Position numbers and translations under genes: made by a program. DNA of 38,743 bases, taken from contig CAZAVD010000004.1 of assembly GCA_964488715.1 (NCBI GenBank), positions 1 through 38,743 of the forward strand. The letters are read 5' to 3'. The stretch is from an uncultured Gammaproteobacteria bacterium (GTDB taxonomy: Bacteria > Patescibacteriota > Patescibacteriia > UBA2196). Under the pieces are notes generated by a model. The model ran no database searches and was not told the DNA's origin. It saw nothing but the letters and a program-made list of their open reading frames with translations. Positions 35,310 to 38,743 of the stretch are shown piece after piece; position 1 is the stretch's first letter; each line of letters begins with the position of its first letter.

Positions 35310-36317
35310 ATGTCTAAAGCAACTACTCATTTTCCTATCCCTCTCACTGCGCAAGAGATAAAAAAAGAAAAAAAATCAACAAGCTTTAAAATAAACATTT
35401 TATTAAAAATTGTATTTAAAATAAGACAAATTCATGCTTTTATTTTTAATCTTCTTTTTCATCATGACTTTGTCTTTAAAATAATTGGTATTTTAAATCG
35501 CAGATTGCATTTTCTAAAAGCCATATTTATTGTTTATCCTGAATTGCCTTGGCTTGCTCATGCTTATGTCCCAAAAAAGAACTGGCCTAAAATGATCTGG
35601 AATCCTTGGTTAGTAAGTGTTTATAAGCTACACAAACAACCTTTTGGTTTAAAATTTGTCATTTCAGCAACAGGAAAGGATATAAGTGTTGAAAAAAATA
35701 TTGAAAATTTAAAACTACTCGTCAATGAAGCTGAACGCATCAGAAAATTGATTCACGCAGATTACAAACTTTTTGCTGGTCGATTGCCTGGCATACTTTA
35801 TGCGCGTGGTTTAATTAAAAATACGCCTGAATTAATATCAACAGTTAAAGTAGTTGAAGATGTTGAACTAAAAATCAGCCATGAAATTAAATATCCAGTA
35901 AACACTCCTCTTGTAATTCTTGGTGGTGGTGGTTTTGTTGGTAGTCGTTTATTTAACATTAATCATCGATCAATTACTCGTCTTGATATCAAATTCAGTA
36001 GCAAACAAACAATTTCAACTGATTTTTATCACAAAATGTTTGTTCTGATAAATGTAAGCGACCGCAAAGCTCTTGCTCGACATATATCAAGGTTGCATGA
36101 TTTAAAGTCAGGTACAATTATTATTAATGAGGTTTATCCCCCGCCTAATCAAGAAAAAATAGATATGCTCACCCAAGCTGGAATAAAAATTGCTCATGTG
36201 GTTGGATCAAAAGGCAAAGCATTACTTCCATTGCCAGGGCCATATAAAAAAGCAATTCCTTGTTGTGGTGTCTGGCCAAATGAATACATTAAAGCTGTAT
36301 ACACATGGCTAAATTAA
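35310..36317 (+). CDS. Hypothetical Rossmann-fold oxidoreductase (distant acyl-ACP reductase/COG5322-like)
   Basis: AIFIVYP, LFAGRLPG, LVILGGGGFVG, GTIIINEVYPPP and AIPCC; strong AAGGAGG SD. Confidence 0.5.
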   Translation: MSKATTHFPIPLTAQEIKKEKKSTSFKINILLKIVFKIRQIHAFIFNLLFHHDFVFKIIGILNRRLHFLKAIFIVYPELPWLAHAYVPKKNWPKMIWNPWLVSVYKLHKQPFGLKFVISATGKDISVEKNIENLKLLVNEAERIRKLIHADYKLFAGRLPGILYARGLIKNTPELISTVKVVEDVELKISHEIKYPVNTPLVILGGGGFVGSRLFNINHRSITRLDIKFSSKQTISTDFYHKMFVLINVSDRKALARHISRLHDLKSGTIIINEVYPPPNQEKIDMLTQAGIKIAHVVGSKGKALLPLPGPYKKAIPCCGVWPNEYIKAVYTWLN

Positions 36318-36322
36318 ATACT

Positions 36323-36358
36323 AAGCGCGTTTTATAATATTATAAAATGCGCTTTTTT
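36323..36358 (+). terminator. Terminator / 32-bp near-perfect palindrome
   Basis: AAGCGCGTTTTATAAT|ATTATAAAATGCGCTT followed by TTTT. Confidence 0.7.
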
Positions 36359-36407
36359 ATTTTCCTTAAAAATGGTAAAATAAATTTAAAGAATAAATCT
36401 AAATCCC

Positions 36408-38579
36408 ATGCAATTTTTGTTAGACACTAAAAATATAATTTTAATTTTGACTGCCTTGCTTAATTTAATTTTAGGCTTCTTTATTTATTTTAATGGTCGC
36501 AAAAAGAAAATTAACAAAATATATAGTTGGAATATTGTAGCTATTGTTAGTTGGGTATTAGCAATGCTTTTTTTCCGCTCTGCCACAGAAACAACTAGTC
36601 TCTTTTGGTGCACTATTTTATATGTTGCACCAACTTTTATTGCTAGTAGCTTTTTATATTTTACATATATCTTTCCAACTCAAAAAATAGAAAACTTAAA
36701 ATGGCGCTACTGGATAATTATTTTGAGTAATGCTTATATAATTTTCTTAACTATCTTGCCAAATATGTTAATTCACCAAGTTAATATTCGGCCCGGATTA
36801 GAAAAAGAGATAATTTTTAATTTAATACCTTATTTATTTTATGCTTTTTATATTTTAATCTGTTTTTCACTTGGTTTTGTGCGGCTATTTCAAAAATACT
36901 TAAAATCTTATGGAAAAGAAAAAACACAGATTATATATTTACTTTTTGGTTATGCAGTCGCAGCTAATCTTGCATTTATAACAAATCTAATAATGCCATG
37001 GATAGGAAATTTTTCTTTAAATTGGTTAGGTCAAATTTTCACTATCACTATGGTAAGTTTCACAGCTTATGCAATTATAATCCATAATTTAATGGACATA
37101 AAACTTGTTTTGCGAAATTCATTTGCAATTTTAGCGCCTTTAATAACAATTTTAATTGGTTATACAGCTGTTCAATATTTAATTAATTTATACTTGCCTA
37201 ATTTAGCAGATGCAATAAATGTCATTATTCTTGTTTTATCAATCTTATTTTTCATTCCTTTAAAAAACTTTTATTATCACATTGCAAATAAATATTTCTT
37301 TTCCTCGCTTTATGACAGTCAAGAAGTATTAAACAATTTATCAGATAAATTGCGCTCAAGTTTGGATATTAAAATAATTTGTAATGTAATTTCAAAAACT
37401 TTAGTTAATGCTTTTCATTCCAGGGCAGTAGGAATTTTAATTTTTAATGAAAAGAAAAATCACTATCTTGTCCAGCATAATTATAATTTCAAAATTAATA
37501 CTCAAAAATATTTTCCTAATGACAAATTTTTACAAAACAAATTTGCCAAACAAAACAAAATTTTAGTTCTTGAAAATATTAAAAACAATATATTTTATAA
37601 AAAATCTAAACAAACAATTGATTTGTTAAATAAATTAGAAGTTGAAATTTTAGCGCCTTTAAATATTAAAAATAAAATGATTGGCTTAATTGTTTTATCA
37701 CAAAAAGAATCTGGTGATATGTATAATGACGAGGATTTAAAAGTTTTAAAAGTCATTGGCGCGCAAACTGCAGTAGCTTTACAAAATTCCTTGCTTTATC
37801 AAGAATCTTTGCGTTTTGGAGAAAAATTAAAACAAGAAGTTAAAATTGCAACCAAAGATTTGCAAGATGCAAATGAAAAATTAAAATTGCTTGATAAAGC
37901 AAAAACAGAATTTGTTTCCATTACTTCTCATCAATTACGCACTCCTTTAACTGGAATCAAAGGTTATTTATCAATGTTTTTAGAAGGTGATTTTGGCAAA
38001 CTTAAAACTGAACAAAAAAAAGTAATGACAGATGTTTTTAATAACAGCAACAGACTTGTTAGACTAATTAATATTTTCTTAAATGTTTCACGCATTGAAT
38101 CTGGCAGATTAAAATTAGACAAATCAAAATTTGATTTAATTGAATTAATTAATGAAATAATGCGTGAATTAAAATTAGGCGCTGAAAAAAAGAATTTAAA
38201 ACTAGAATTTAATAAATCAAAAGAAAAAATAGAAGTCTTTGGAGATAGAGATAAAATCGCTGATGTTGTTATGAATCTAATTGATAATGCAATTAAATAC
38301 ACAAAAAAAGGAAAAATAATTATTAGCGCAGAATTAAATAAACAAACTGCCCAGATCAAAATTAAAGATTCTGGAATTGGCATTGATCCTCAAGAAGCCA
38401 AAACTTTATTTAATAAATTTACTAGAGGTAGAAAAATTGCTGAAATAAACACATCTGGATCAGGACTTGGATTATTTATTGCTAAAAAAATTATTGAACT
38501 TCATAATGGAAAAATTTGGATTCAATCACAAGGCGCAGGAAAGGGAAGTAAATTTATTTTTGAAGTACCCATAAAATAA
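36408..38579 (+). CDS. Membrane sensor histidine kinase (7TM-type N-domain, GAF, HisKA, HATPase_c)
   Basis: About 9 TMs; GAF-like GLIVLSQK..GDMYNDEDL; H-box SHQLRTPL; NLIDNAIKY, DSGIG and GSGLGL. Confidence 0.95.
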   Translation: MQFLLDTKNIILILTALLNLILGFFIYFNGRKKKINKIYSWNIVAIVSWVLAMLFFRSATETTSLFWCTILYVAPTFIASSFLYFTYIFPTQKIENLKWRYWIIILSNAYIIFLTILPNMLIHQVNIRPGLEKEIIFNLIPYLFYAFYILICFSLGFVRLFQKYLKSYGKEKTQIIYLLFGYAVAANLAFITNLIMPWIGNFSLNWLGQIFTITMVSFTAYAIIIHNLMDIKLVLRNSFAILAPLITILIGYTAVQYLINLYLPNLADAINVIILVLSILFFIPLKNFYYHIANKYFFSSLYDSQEVLNNLSDKLRSSLDIKIICNVISKTLVNAFHSRAVGILIFNEKKNHYLVQHNYNFKINTQKYFPNDKFLQNKFAKQNKILVLENIKNNIFYKKSKQTIDLLNKLEVEILAPLNIKNKMIGLIVLSQKESGDMYNDEDLKVLKVIGAQTAVALQNSLLYQESLRFGEKLKQEVKIATKDLQDANEKLKLLDKAKTEFVSITSHQLRTPLTGIKGYLSMFLEGDFGKLKTEQKKVMTDVFNNSNRLVRLINIFLNVSRIESGRLKLDKSKFDLIELINEIMRELKLGAEKKNLKLEFNKSKEKIEVFGDRDKIADVVMNLIDNAIKYTKKGKIIISAELNKQTAQIKIKDSGIGIDPQEAKTLFNKFTRGRKIAEINTSGSGLGLFIAKKIIELHNGKIWIQSQGAGKGSKFIFEVPIK

Positions 38580-38596
38580 TATGCTATAATATATTT

Positions 38597-38743
38597 ATGA
38601 TTATTAGACCAAAAATAATTCGTCAAATAGAAAAAACTAATTTAATTGGACGAGGTTGCAATAATTTTCCAACTTCACAAAAATGGGGATTAGTGCGAAA
38701 AGCCAAAACCAAAGCTGACAAATTTGTGATTTGCAATATTTCT
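38597..38743 (+). CDS. NuoF/HydB-like (Complex I 51-kDa family) flavoprotein, N-terminal fragment
   Basis: MIIRPKIIRQIEKTNLIGRGCNNFPTSQKW...KFVICNIS resembles GLRGRGGAGFPTGLKW...KYVICN; runs off the window end. Confidence 0.7.
   Translation, partial: MIIRPKIIRQIEKTNLIGRGCNNFPTSQKWGLVRKAKTKADKFVICNIS

Noticed and set aside
38084-38099. parS-like TGTTTCACG
   Set aside because: Only one half-site matches TGTTTCACGTGAAACA, and it lies in the kinase coding sequence.
1383-38383. Remaining short ORF-track entries antisense or out-of-frame within confident genes (e.g. 17727-18134, 22346-22753, 37964-38383)
   Set aside because: They are shadow ORFs of well-supported genes, with no motifs or expression signals.
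1-38743. Alternative genetic code (UGA=Gly, code 25)
   Set aside because: Conserved genes are full length in code 11, and TGA serves as a stop (e.g. 4531-4533 on the minus strand, 19444-19446 on the plus strand).

Overview
Very AT-rich bacterial chromosomal window in genetic code 11. It is most consistent with a Patescibacteria/CPR (Parcubacteria/ABY1-like) genome: short EF-Ts, short ValRS and Rel, two MreB paralogs and CPR-type hypothetical proteins. Genes cover surface-glycan synthesis (deacetylase, methyltransferase, nitroreductase, GT2/GT4s, WcaJ-type phosphoglycosyltransferase, O-antigen ligase-TPR, UDP-GlcA decarboxylase-like), an S8 protease, translation (prmC, prfA, rpmE, rpsB, tsf, rplJ, rplL, valS), mltG, parAB, rel, mreBCD, an orphan sensor kinase and the start of a NuoF-like gene. 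The most unusual signals are non-coding. (1) A ~950-nt promoter-driven, almost continuously base-paired region (11573-12520) has a 5-way junction, a 13-bp long-range pairing and an embedded 58-codon ORF, and is a candidate undescribed large ncRNA. (2) An integron-like cassette at the left edge has an attC-like hairpin, 16-bp inverted repeats around an RDD-like gene and a decayed second site. (3) Several families of small palindromic repeats occur, one inserted in-frame in a glycosyltransferase. (4) A RelE-type TA module splits prfA-prmC and shares a 20-bp bidirectional leaderless promoter with prmC. (5) Many genes have a -10-N6/7-ATG leaderless architecture. All calls come from reading the sequence; no searches or folding programs were run.
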